Below, in pieces: positions 1-6,766 of a DNA stretch of 32,000 bases. The first letter of the stretch is position 1; each line of letters begins with the position of its first letter. This stretch comes from Candidatus Minimicrobia sp. QA0096 (GTDB lineage Bacteria > Patescibacteriota > Saccharimonadia > Saccharimonadales > Saccharimonadaceae). The notes under the pieces were generated by a model. That model was not told the DNA's origin. It was given only the letters and a program-made list of their open reading frames with translations, and did no database searches. Made by a program: the position numbers and the translations under genes. Where the stretch lies: NCBI RefSeq assembly GCF_963967315.1, contig NZ_OZ017288.1, positions 300,001 to 332,000 of the forward strand. Reading direction: 5' to 3'.

Positions 1-362
1 TCATCGACACCCTCGTATCGCCCGCAAATGAATATCACACCCCTGTCATCATCTGCTTCCTGCTGAGCCTTGGCCTGCTTCCAGCGCTGCCCGCGCGGAC
101 TCATTAATACCACCTTCGCTGTTTCATCTTGAGATTTAGCAAATTCTACCGCTTTCCATAACGGCTCAATCATAAGAAGCATCCCGTCGCCGCCGCCATA
201 CGGCGTGTCATCTACCTGACGCCGCGGGGCCAAACCAAACTCCCGCAGATTCACCGTCGCAAGCTCCACAATACCGTCTTTTTGTGCCTTCCACATCATG
301 GAGTTGTTAAAAACTCCCGTCATCATTTCCGGAAAAAGCGTAATTACTTGAAATTTTCTCAT
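1..362 (-). CDS. trmD: tRNA (guanine37-N1)-methyltransferase TrmD, N-terminal ~120 codons; gene continues beyond the left edge
   Basis: Not in the ORF track because there is no stop inside the window. Hand translation of the reverse strand from ATG (362-360) gives MRKFQVITLFPEMMTGVFNNSMMWKAQKDGIVELATVNLREFGLAPRRQVDDTPYGGGDGMLLMIEPLWKAVEF...VVLMSPRGQRWKQ...VIFICGRYEGVD. These are classic TrmD motifs (ITLFPEM, DD.PYGGG.GM, CGRYEG.D). Confidence 0.9.
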   Translation of the reverse strand, partial: MRKFQVITLFPEMMTGVFNNSMMWKAQKDGIVELATVNLREFGLAPRRQVDDTPYGGGDGMLLMIEPLWKAVEFAKSQDETAKVVLMSPRGQRWKQAKAQQEADDDRGVIFICGRYEGVD

Positions 363-369
363 CTGTTAC

Positions 370-398
370 AGTGTAGCAAGTATTGACTTTTTTGTCCA
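370..398 (-). promoter_or_regulatory. predicted extended -10 promoter of trmD (leaderless start)
   Basis: The minus strand reads TGGACA (398-393), 17 nt, TGcTACACT (378-370), gtaacag, ATG (362). Only 7 nt separate the -10 from the ATG and there is no SD. Confidence 0.5.
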
Positions 399-411
399 GG
401 TATGATATATA
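383..411 (+). promoter_or_regulatory. predicted sigma70-type promoter of orf464
   Basis: TTGACT (383-388), 17 nt, TATATA (406-411), preceded by TGa. The TTG that the ORF track uses as a start (383) is the -35 hexamer. The predicted leader is about 46 nt, with AAGGA (453-457) 6 nt before ATG 464. Confidence 0.55.
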
Positions 412-463
412 TCAGCTTTTGTTCAACCGAACAGAAGTAGATCCTAGACAAGAAGGATGCATC

Positions 464-1033
464 ATGCACAAGGACGCTGAATCATGGGAAATGACTCTCG
501 CGGAATGCGGTCTGCTAGCTTACTCTATCGTGGAGGAAGCACCCGACGGGCATGTCTCTGTCACTATCACTGCCTCGGTCTCTATGGAGCCAAACGCCTC
601 CAACGAGCAGTCGGAGGAAGCGGCACTGGAGATTTTGTCCGGATGCGAGATTAGCTCCGTTTGGTGGGCGGACGATGGCTATGGTCTAGCACTAAACTCT
701 CTGTACGATGACTGTACCATCACCGTCTATGACGGCACCGAATGGTATGATCTCGACGAAGAGAGGGACGCGGAGTCTGTCCAGCTCGACCAGGAGTTCG
801 GGGAGATCTTCTGGGAAGGTTATCCCGAAATTTATCTGTACAACTTCCTCGATGAAGCTGTTGGAGGCGAGCTTGCGAACGTCTTTCTTAAGCACGCCTC
901 CCCTGGAGTCTGTCTACGCCGTGTCTACGATACTGAGAAGTGCAAAATGCACCTCCCTCAGAGGGTCGAAAATAGCTTCCACGAGCTGTGGAACAATGCG
1001 ACCCCAGCGTGGAGTATTCGTTCCCGCAACTAG
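464..1033 (+). CDS. hypothetical, strongly acidic cytoplasmic protein (189 aa; 37 D+E vs 10 K+R by hand count), no recognisable family
   Basis: It is the longest ORF in this region (track 383-1033). I moved the start to ATG 464 because of the SD AAGGA and the promoter overlapping 383. No TM segment or signal peptide. Codon usage is C-ending and unlike its neighbours (GTC is 9 of 12 Val codons). Confidence 0.6.
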   Translation: MHKDAESWEMTLAECGLLAYSIVEEAPDGHVSVTITASVSMEPNASNEQSEEAALEILSGCEISSVWWADDGYGLALNSLYDDCTITVYDGTEWYDLDEERDAESVQLDQEFGEIFWEGYPEIYLYNFLDEAVGGELANVFLKHASPGVCLRRVYDTEKCKMHLPQRVENSFHELWNNATPAWSIRSRN

Positions 1034-1040
1034 GGCCTAA

Positions 1041-1099
1041 AGCCCGCTGAGAATAGCTCGTTGAGACATTAAGTCTCAGCTTGAGCCTCTCGGCGGGCT
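1041..1099 (+). terminator. long compound hairpin immediately after orf464, followed by a T-rich tract
   Basis: AGCCCGCTGAGA (1041-1052) pairs with TCTCGGCGGGCT (1088-1099) over 12 bp including one G-U. The inner stem is GTTGAGAC/GTCTCAGC with loop ATTAA. It is followed by attttcatgtcttttt. Confidence 0.5.
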
Positions 1100-1134
1100 A
1101 TTTTCATGTCTTTTTACAGAAATTATTCCCCACC

Positions 1135-1164
1135 AAAAAACCGCCCCAGTAAGGACGGTTTTTT
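1135..1164. terminator. bidirectional intrinsic terminator (A6 - stem-loop - T6)
   Basis: The sequence is aaaaaaCCGCCCCagtaaGGaCGGtttttt. It is flanked by an A-tract and a T-tract, so it can serve both orf464 (+) and khpA (-). Confidence 0.6.
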
Positions 1165-1247
1165 AGCACAAATAAGGCTCTCAATGGTTACCCATTGTCT
1201 CGCATAGAGCTGTTCTCGCATAATGTCTGTGCTTGAACTGGTTTTAA

Positions 1248-1637
1248 TTATATATCAAGATCGTCGAGTTCTGCAAGCTCTTTTCTGGTGCTTTCTGCGT
1301 AAGATGATTCATTTTCCACAGTTTCATCTGTTGAGTTATCCACAGAAGCATTACCATTATAATCATTTTCTTCACGCTCACCAGAAAAACCATCATTGTT
1401 AACGATCTTCAAGTTATATCGAGCGTCATTCTTTGCACCCAAGGCTCGCAGAAGTGTACGCAAACTCTGTGCCGTACTACCACGCTTACCAATAACTCGA
1501 CCCAAATCCGCCGGATTAACTGTCAATGTTAGTAAAACGCCCTTTTCATCAATTGTTCGGTCTACTACGACGTCTTCTGGATGTCCAACCAACGCCTTTA
1601 CAGTATATTCTACAAACTGCTGATCTATTGTTGACAT
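1248..1637 (-). CDS. khpA: KH-domain RNA-binding protein (KhpA/YlqC, UPF0109 family) with a ~50-aa acidic C-terminal tail
   Basis: MSTIDQQFVEYTVKALVGHPEDVVVDRTIDEKGVLLTLTVNPADLGRVIGKRGSTAQSLRTLLRA contains the KH GxxG motif (GKRG). The start is moved to ATG 1637, which is preceded by GGAGGAGG. Confidence 0.8.
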   Translation of the reverse strand: MSTIDQQFVEYTVKALVGHPEDVVVDRTIDEKGVLLTLTVNPADLGRVIGKRGSTAQSLRTLLRALGAKNDARYNLKIVNNDGFSGEREENDYNGNASVDNSTDETVENESSYAESTRKELAELDDLDI

Positions 1638-1707
1638 TCTGCCCCTCCTCCTGGAATTAAACTGTATTTTCATTATACACGAGCAGTTTACGCCGTGCAA
1701 ACTTTAA

Positions 1708-2424
1708 TTATTTCTCGCCAGATTCTTTATATTTAGCAATTGCAGCACGAGCAGCTTGCTGTTGGGCGACTTGCTTTGACGGACCAATACCTCGCCCCAT
1801 CATATTATCGCCAACAAAAACCCCAAGGGTAAAGACCTTATCGTGATCTGGACCTTCTTCGCTCAGGACTTTATATACCGGCGTTTGATTGTCAACTCGC
1901 TGAGAAATCTCCTGCAAATACGACTTCGGATCACGCCAACTGCCCGACTCCAAAATTCCATCTAATTTAACTATGATATGCTTGTGAATAAAATCGCGAG
2001 CATCGTCAAAGCCACGCTCCAAATAAATAGCGCCAATTACTGCCTCAAACGCATTAGCTAAAATCTGTAAATGCGCTCGTTCCGAGCCATTTTTCTCACC
2101 CTTTGACATACGAATTAGCGGACCATAACCTAATTTATCGCCAGCGTCACCAATACTTTCCGTTCGTACCAAAGCTGCCCGCCAAGCAGTCAAAATTCCC
2201 TCTGGCTCAGAAAAATGCGTAAACAAATATTCCGTTACTGCCAATTCCAAAACCGCATCACCTAAGAATTCCAAGCGCTCATTGTGGTGATGGACGGATT
2301 TTCGATGCTCATTGACATAACTGCGGTGAGTCAAAGCCGTGATTAGCAAATCCAAATTCTCAAACTCAAAACCTAATTTTTCGCGCGCAAATTCTTGATA
2401 TGGCGTAGTGTTCATTCCGTTCAT
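1708..2424 (-). CDS. rnc: ribonuclease III
   Basis: Contains the RNase III signature NERLEFLGDAVLELAV and a C-terminal dsRBD. The SD AGGAGAA lies 7 nt upstream, inside the end of the preceding gene. Confidence 0.95.
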   Translation of the reverse strand: MNGMNTTPYQEFAREKLGFEFENLDLLITALTHRSYVNEHRKSVHHHNERLEFLGDAVLELAVTEYLFTHFSEPEGILTAWRAALVRTESIGDAGDKLGYGPLIRMSKGEKNGSERAHLQILANAFEAVIGAIYLERGFDDARDFIHKHIIVKLDGILESGSWRDPKSYLQEISQRVDNQTPVYKVLSEEGPDHDKVFTLGVFVGDNMMGRGIGPSKQVAQQQAARAAIAKYKESGEK

Positions 2425-2922
2425 TTATAAATTCTCCTGTCTAATTCGTTTCATCGCCAAAAGAATCAGCTTGCCAATATCTTCATATTCAACTTCATCC
2501 AGCGCCTCATGAAAACTAAACCATTTAAGACCATTCATCCACTCTTCCTTTTGGAGTTTCTCATTAGGATCCAATGCCTTAACTAGATAAACTTGCGTTG
2601 TCATCAATACCAATTTATCGATTCGACGATAACGAAAATTTACCTTGCCCAGCCAGCCGTGCAGTTCAATTTTCTTCAATCCAGTTTCCTCGCCGATTTC
2701 CCTACGAGCCGTCACCTGAGCCGTTTCACCTGGCTCAATATGACCTTTGGGAATTGTCCAGCGGTCGCGAGCGTCTTGATATAGCAAAAATTCCGCCTCG
2801 CCCTTTTTATTACGACGAAAAATCACGCCACCAGCGGTTGGCTCGCGTACAATTTCCTGAATCAATGGCTTCTTGCTGCCACTAAAATATTTTTTTATCT
2901 TATCAAAGTTGCTTGTTCTCAC
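2425..2922 (-). CDS. Nudix hydrolase
   Basis: Nudix box GHIEPGETAQVTARREIGEETGL. I place the start at GTG 2922, with GGAGGAG 7 nt upstream. The track ATG at 2970 would overlap nusB by 68 nt. Confidence 0.85.
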   Translation of the reverse strand: MRTSNFDKIKKYFSGSKKPLIQEIVREPTAGGVIFRRNKKGEAEFLLYQDARDRWTIPKGHIEPGETAQVTARREIGEETGLKKIELHGWLGKVNFRYRRIDKLVLMTTQVYLVKALDPNEKLQKEEWMNGLKWFSFHEALDEVEYEDIGKLILLAMKRIRQENL

Positions 2923-3361
2923 TGTCGGACTCCTCCACGAGAGTACGGAGTGCCGTGCCAAGCACGCCATTCACAAACTTACCCGAGTTATCCGAACCGA
3001 ACGCTTTTGCTAATTCTACAGCTTCGTTAATCACCACTTTTGGCGGAACGGTATCTGCGCAATATAGCAATTCATATAAACCAATTCTAAGTACTGCCCG
3101 ATCAATTCGCGGCAACTGACTGATAGGCCATTCTGGCGCCAATGGCTGCAATTTCTCATCCAATTGACTCTGCGTCGAAAGTACGCCGCTGATCAAATTA
3201 TCAATAAATTCAATATCGTCAACTGATGATTTATATTCAGCCAAATTACGCTTTAAAATAGTCTTATAGTCAACATCGCTATCGCCAACCTCTTTGCGAA
3301 ATTCATGTTCATAAAGTGTTTGCAGTGCGACAATTCGTCCCAAATGACGGTTTGATGCCAT
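2903..3361 (-). CDS. nusB: transcription antitermination factor NusB
   Basis: 152 aa. The sequence RIVALQTLYEHEF...RIDRAVLRIGLYELLY...PPKVVINEAVELAKAFG is typical NusB. Confidence 0.9.
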   Translation of the reverse strand: MASNRHLGRIVALQTLYEHEFRKEVGDSDVDYKTILKRNLAEYKSSVDDIEFIDNLISGVLSTQSQLDEKLQPLAPEWPISQLPRIDRAVLRIGLYELLYCADTVPPKVVINEAVELAKAFGSDNSGKFVNGVLGTALRTLVEESDSENKQL

Positions 3362-3385
3362 TATTAAGCGTCCTGTTCGTAATTA

Positions 3386-3532
3386 TTATTTTGTTGTTTT
3401 ACCAGTTTCACGCTTGGTTGTCTTCACTTTAACTGGTGAAGTTGCATTAACGCGACGTGCCAATTTTAATACCAAATGACTGCGACGAAGACCAGTTTTA
3501 CGTGGGCTACTCTGTTTCTTAGGTTGTGCCAT
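3386..3532 (-). CDS. rpmF: 50S ribosomal protein L32
   Basis: At 48 aa it is below the ORF-track cutoff. Hand translation gives MAQPKKQSSPRKTGLRRSHLVLKLARRVNATSPVKVKTTKRETGKTTK, a typical L32 N-terminus. The SD GAGGAG lies 8 nt upstream. Confidence 0.85.
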   Translation of the reverse strand: MAQPKKQSSPRKTGLRRSHLVLKLARRVNATSPVKVKTTKRETGKTTK

Positions 3533-3631
3533 AATTTATTCTCCTCTTTTAGGTTGTCATAAAACTTACGTACCATTATACCTTTTTTATTGGACAATCT
3601 CAAGAGCTTGTCTACAAATTAGATAATAATA

Positions 3632-3660
3632 TTGACTTTTTATGTCGTTTATGGTAATAT
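3632..3660 (+). promoter_or_regulatory. predicted promoter of orf3668 (leaderless)
   Basis: TTGACT (3632-3637), 17 nt, TGgTAATAT (3652-3660), 7 nt, ATG 3668. The TTG used by the ORF track as a start is the -35 hexamer. Confidence 0.55.
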
Positions 3661-3667
3661 AGCAAAC

Positions 3668-4192
3668 ATGAACACGGAACGATTTACATCACAAAACAAC
3701 AATGAAGACGACAGACCTGTAATAGAAATACCAAAATCTGTAGTTAAAATCGGTGCAGTAGCATTAGCCACGCTAGGCGTAGCTGGAGTTGCAAACGCCC
3801 TAGGCTTATTCCATAGCCCTAAATCACCAGAAAAAGGACCAAGCCCTGCCCACCAAGTAGCTCAAGTTGTAGAGGATTATAGCAATGGAATCATCACGGA
3901 GCTACCGGAAGATACAGAAATTCACACCGTCACACTTGAAGAGGGAGAAAATCCGACTTCGGTGGCTGAAACAGCCATGGAAGAATACAACGAGGAAAAT
4001 CCTGAAAATAAGATAGACCCTAATGAGGCAAGAAGCTCCATATATGAAACTGGCATTAGCATGAAAGAACTCTACAAAGATGAGACGGGCAATACAGAGA
4101 TCCGACCAGGAACTACCGTCAACATCGCCATAGGTGACATAAACGGTGACGGAAAGCCAAGCATAGCCATAACAGGAATAGAAGCGAAGTAG
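3668..4192 (+). CDS. hypothetical single-pass membrane protein with an acidic C-terminal domain
   Basis: An N-terminal TM helix (VVKIGAVALATLGVAGVANALGLF) is followed by an E/D/N-rich domain. No family recognised. Confidence 0.6.
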   Translation: MNTERFTSQNNNEDDRPVIEIPKSVVKIGAVALATLGVAGVANALGLFHSPKSPEKGPSPAHQVAQVVEDYSNGIITELPEDTEIHTVTLEEGENPTSVAETAMEEYNEENPENKIDPNEARSSIYETGISMKELYKDETGNTEIRPGTTVNIAIGDINGDGKPSIAITGIEAK

Positions 4193-4200
4193 ACTGTTTC

Positions 4201-6702
4201 CTAGACTACAATATTCACCAGCTTACCTGAAACATAAACCATCTTTTTAGGTGGTTTATTGTTTATGAATTTCTGGACATTCTCATCAGCCAGAGCCGCT
4301 TCCTCAACACTCTGCCTATCTACATCACTCGGCAGTTCAAGTTTCGCACGAAGCTTGCCATTCACTTGAACTATAATAGTCATCACGCTGCTCTTTAGAT
4401 ATTTTTCATCCCACTTTGGCCAGTGACCAATGTGAACCGTATCATCATGACCCATTTCATGCCACAATTCCTCTGTGATATGCGGAGCAAAAGGTGCCAA
4501 AATCTGAATCAAGCTTTCTAATGCAAATCGCCATTCATCTAACATGTCAATTCCTTGCGATTCTTTTATCTTATACAGGCCATTGACCATTTCCATCATC
4601 GAAGCTACAGCTGTATTAAACTTCTCGTCTTCAATATCGCGAGTAACTTTTTTAATTGTCGAATGAGTCAGTCGCAATAGTTCTTGAGTTGTTTTTTCAT
4701 TCGCGTCAAGAGAGTCATTTGGATTATTATCAACGAACTCCTGAACCAAGTTCCATGCTCGATTTAAGAACCTGTAAGTCCCCGGAACACCACGAGGATC
4801 CCATGGCGCGTCCATGTCATAAGGAGCGATGAACATTTCATAAACTCGCAGCGCATCGGCGCCGTATCCACTGTCCATAATCTCCATTGGATCAATGACA
4901 TTACCCTTAGACTTGGACATTTTCTGACCATCTGGTGCCATAATGTATGCATTGTACATCATTCGCTTGAAAGGCTCAGGGGTTGGAACAAGGCCGAGCT
5001 TATAGAAAAATCGCATCCAAAAACGACTGTATAGTAAGTGAGCTACGGCGTGATCGGCGCCATTGTAATAATCAACTGGCATCCAATGGTTAATTCTCTC
5101 GGGATTCCACGCTTCATTATCGTTGTGCGGGTCAAGATATCGCAAGAAATACCAACTAGAGCAAGCATAGCCGTCCAAAGTATCGGTCTCGCGTCGACCT
5201 TCTACCCAATTGTCGCCGTCAGGCTTACTTTCTGTAATCGGTACAGTTTTTCCAGTTTCAACATCCACCCAGACTCGCACCCAATCATTAACCTGAGCCA
5301 AAACGGAAGTATTCCCGCCCGTCGGCTTAAAGTTCTCTACCTCTGGCAAAATCACCGGCAAACATTCATCAGCCACAGCAATTGGTGCACGACCATCAAC
5401 ATGAACAATTGGAATTGGAGCACCCCAATAGCGCTGACGAGAAATCAACCAATCGCGCATTTTATACGTGGTTTTACTTCGCCCAGAATTCTGCTGCTCC
5501 AGCCACGCAACAATTTGCTCGCGAGCATCCTCACTCCTGGTCCCGTTAAATTGTCCGGAATTTATCAATTCGCCTTCACCAGAATAACAGCCAGTATCAG
5601 CTGAATGTTCAGGCTTATCAATAACCTGGACAATCGGCAAGTCAAATTTCTCGGCAAACGCAAAATCACGTTCATCGTGCGCTGGCACTGCCATAACTGC
5701 GCCGGTTCCATAACCACCCAAAACATAATCCGCCACCCAAATCGGCAATTTTTGACCATTAACTGGATTTATGACATAACTGCCAGTAAATACACCTGTT
5801 TTCTCTTTATTCTCTTGACGTTCAACATCAGATTTTTGTTGCGAAGCTTGAACATACGCTTCAACCTTTTCGCGCGTATCAGAATTGACCAACTGAGGAA
5901 TCAGAGGATGCTCCGGCGCCAAAGCTACATACGTCGCGCCAAATAACGTGTCAGGACGAGTCGTGAAAACTGTAATCTTGGAATCTTGACCACTAACCGC
6001 AAACTCAACTTCCGCACCAACTGATCGACCAATCCAATTCTTCTGCATGGTTTTAACCATTTCCGTCCAATCAAGCGCATCGGTTGCCTCTAAAATTTCA
6101 TCTGCATACGCCGTAATTCGAAAGAACCACTGCTTGAGATTTCGCTTGGTTACAGGATTACCGCAGCGCCAACATTTGCCACCTTCAACCTGTTCGTTAG
6201 CAAGCACTGTATTATCAGTCTCACACCACCACTGCGGCTGCTCTTTTTGATATGCCAAATCGTGCTTATATAATTGCGTAAAAATCCACTGAGTCCATTT
6301 GTAATATTCTGGATCGGCTGTAGAAATTTCTTTTGTCCAATCATAACTAAACCCAAGTCGCTTCAATTGCTCCTTAAAGTGGACTTTCGCCTCATCGTGT
6401 GCCATACGCGGCGTTTTTCCGACTTTAATAGCGTAATTTTCAACCGGCAGACCAAAGCTGTCCCAGCCGATTGGATGATAGACATTATAGCCCTGCTGAC
6501 GCTTGAATCGCACCTTGATGTCGGCAAATTGAAAAGTACGACCGTGACCAATGTGAATTCCCGCCCCTGTAATCCCCGGAAGCATACTCAAACTGTAATA
6601 TTTCGGCCGAGTCGTGTCATTAAAATCAACCGCGTAAGTGCCGTCAGCTTCCCATTTGTTTTGCCATTTTTGTTCAATTTCTGTCGGATTATAGCGTCTC
6701 AT
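4201..6702 (-). CDS. leuS: leucyl-tRNA synthetase
   Basis: 833 aa. Contains the HIGH-type motif (GIHIGHGRT), KMSKS (QKMSKSKGN) and a CP1 editing domain. Confidence 0.97.
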   Translation of the reverse strand: MRRYNPTEIEQKWQNKWEADGTYAVDFNDTTRPKYYSLSMLPGITGAGIHIGHGRTFQFADIKVRFKRQQGYNVYHPIGWDSFGLPVENYAIKVGKTPRMAHDEAKVHFKEQLKRLGFSYDWTKEISTADPEYYKWTQWIFTQLYKHDLAYQKEQPQWWCETDNTVLANEQVEGGKCWRCGNPVTKRNLKQWFFRITAYADEILEATDALDWTEMVKTMQKNWIGRSVGAEVEFAVSGQDSKITVFTTRPDTLFGATYVALAPEHPLIPQLVNSDTREKVEAYVQASQQKSDVERQENKEKTGVFTGSYVINPVNGQKLPIWVADYVLGGYGTGAVMAVPAHDERDFAFAEKFDLPIVQVIDKPEHSADTGCYSGEGELINSGQFNGTRSEDAREQIVAWLEQQNSGRSKTTYKMRDWLISRQRYWGAPIPIVHVDGRAPIAVADECLPVILPEVENFKPTGGNTSVLAQVNDWVRVWVDVETGKTVPITESKPDGDNWVEGRRETDTLDGYACSSWYFLRYLDPHNDNEAWNPERINHWMPVDYYNGADHAVAHLLYSRFWMRFFYKLGLVPTPEPFKRMMYNAYIMAPDGQKMSKSKGNVIDPMEIMDSGYGADALRVYEMFIAPYDMDAPWDPRGVPGTYRFLNRAWNLVQEFVDNNPNDSLDANEKTTQELLRLTHSTIKKVTRDIEDEKFNTAVASMMEMVNGLYKIKESQGIDMLDEWRFALESLIQILAPFAPHITEELWHEMGHDDTVHIGHWPKWDEKYLKSSVMTIIVQVNGKLRAKLELPSDVDRQSVEEAALADENVQKFINNKPPKKMVYVSGKLVNIVV

Positions 6703-6709
6703 ATCTGTA

Positions 6710-6718
6710 ATTATAGCA
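6710..6718 (-). promoter_or_regulatory. extended -10 element of leuS (leaderless)
   Basis: The minus strand reads TGcTATAAT (6718-6710), tacagat, ATG (6702). It directly follows a terminator hairpin and no -35 is visible. Confidence 0.5.
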
Positions 6719-6749
6719 AATAATCCCGCTCATTACGAACGGGATTATT
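6719..6749 (-). terminator. intrinsic terminator hairpin downstream of the 6767-7852 gene
   Basis: A 10-bp perfect stem, AATAATCCCG / CGGGATTATT, with an 11-nt loop. On the minus strand it is followed by a T-rich ATTATTTGC. Confidence 0.6.
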
Positions 6750-6766
6750 ATTAGAAAATTAAGCTA

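Noticed and set aside
383-463. N-terminal extensions in the ORF track: TTG 383, TTG 3632, ATG 1700, ATG 2970, ATG 11411, ATG 16935, ATG 20674, ATG 20996, TTG 26929.
   Set aside because: The TTGs at 383 and 3632 are -35 hexamers of clear promoters. The other extensions lack an SD, overlap the upstream gene substantially, or add non-conserved residues. In each case a downstream start has a good SD or a -10 at 6-7 nt.
464-1033. Using bulk GC content alone to call orf464 foreign.
   Set aside because: My hand counts give about 55% GC for 481-600 and about 39% for 1261-1380. However, clearly native stretches such as trmD 61-120 (37/60) and 27481-27540 are just as GC-rich. Only the codon third-position bias is kept as evidence.
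692-1040. Alternative ORFs within the orf464 region (692-895 minus, 708-1040 plus), including the idea that the minus-strand one is a decayed rimM.
   Set aside because: The minus ORF is the L/V/F-rich mirror of the D/E codons in orf464 and shows no RimM motifs. The +2-frame ORF is S/R/T-rich and low-complexity. Only the 464-1033 frame has a promoter, an SD and a terminator.
1106-1210. Small ORFs in the khpA/orf464 spacer: + strand ATG 1106 (about 33 aa), and a minus-strand ATG-started ORF of about 32 aa reading through the terminator.
   Set aside because: They have no SD and no suitably spaced -10. They run through terminator hairpins and have implausible sequences.
3608-3617. Further TTGT..ACAA palindromes (TTGTCTACAA 3608-3617; AATTGTACAATT 14161-14172) as additional sites for the Fur-like regulator.
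   Set aside because: The arm spacing differs in each case (N2 and N0, against N9 in the 21374-21392 operator). They are short AT-rich palindromes expected by chance.
3950-4192. LysM-like or FG-GAP-like motif in the C-terminus of orf3668 (HTVTLEEGENPTSVAE..., GDINGDGKPS).
   Set aside because: The resemblance is loose, with long insertions relative to the ~44-aa LysM consensus. It is not enough to support a call.
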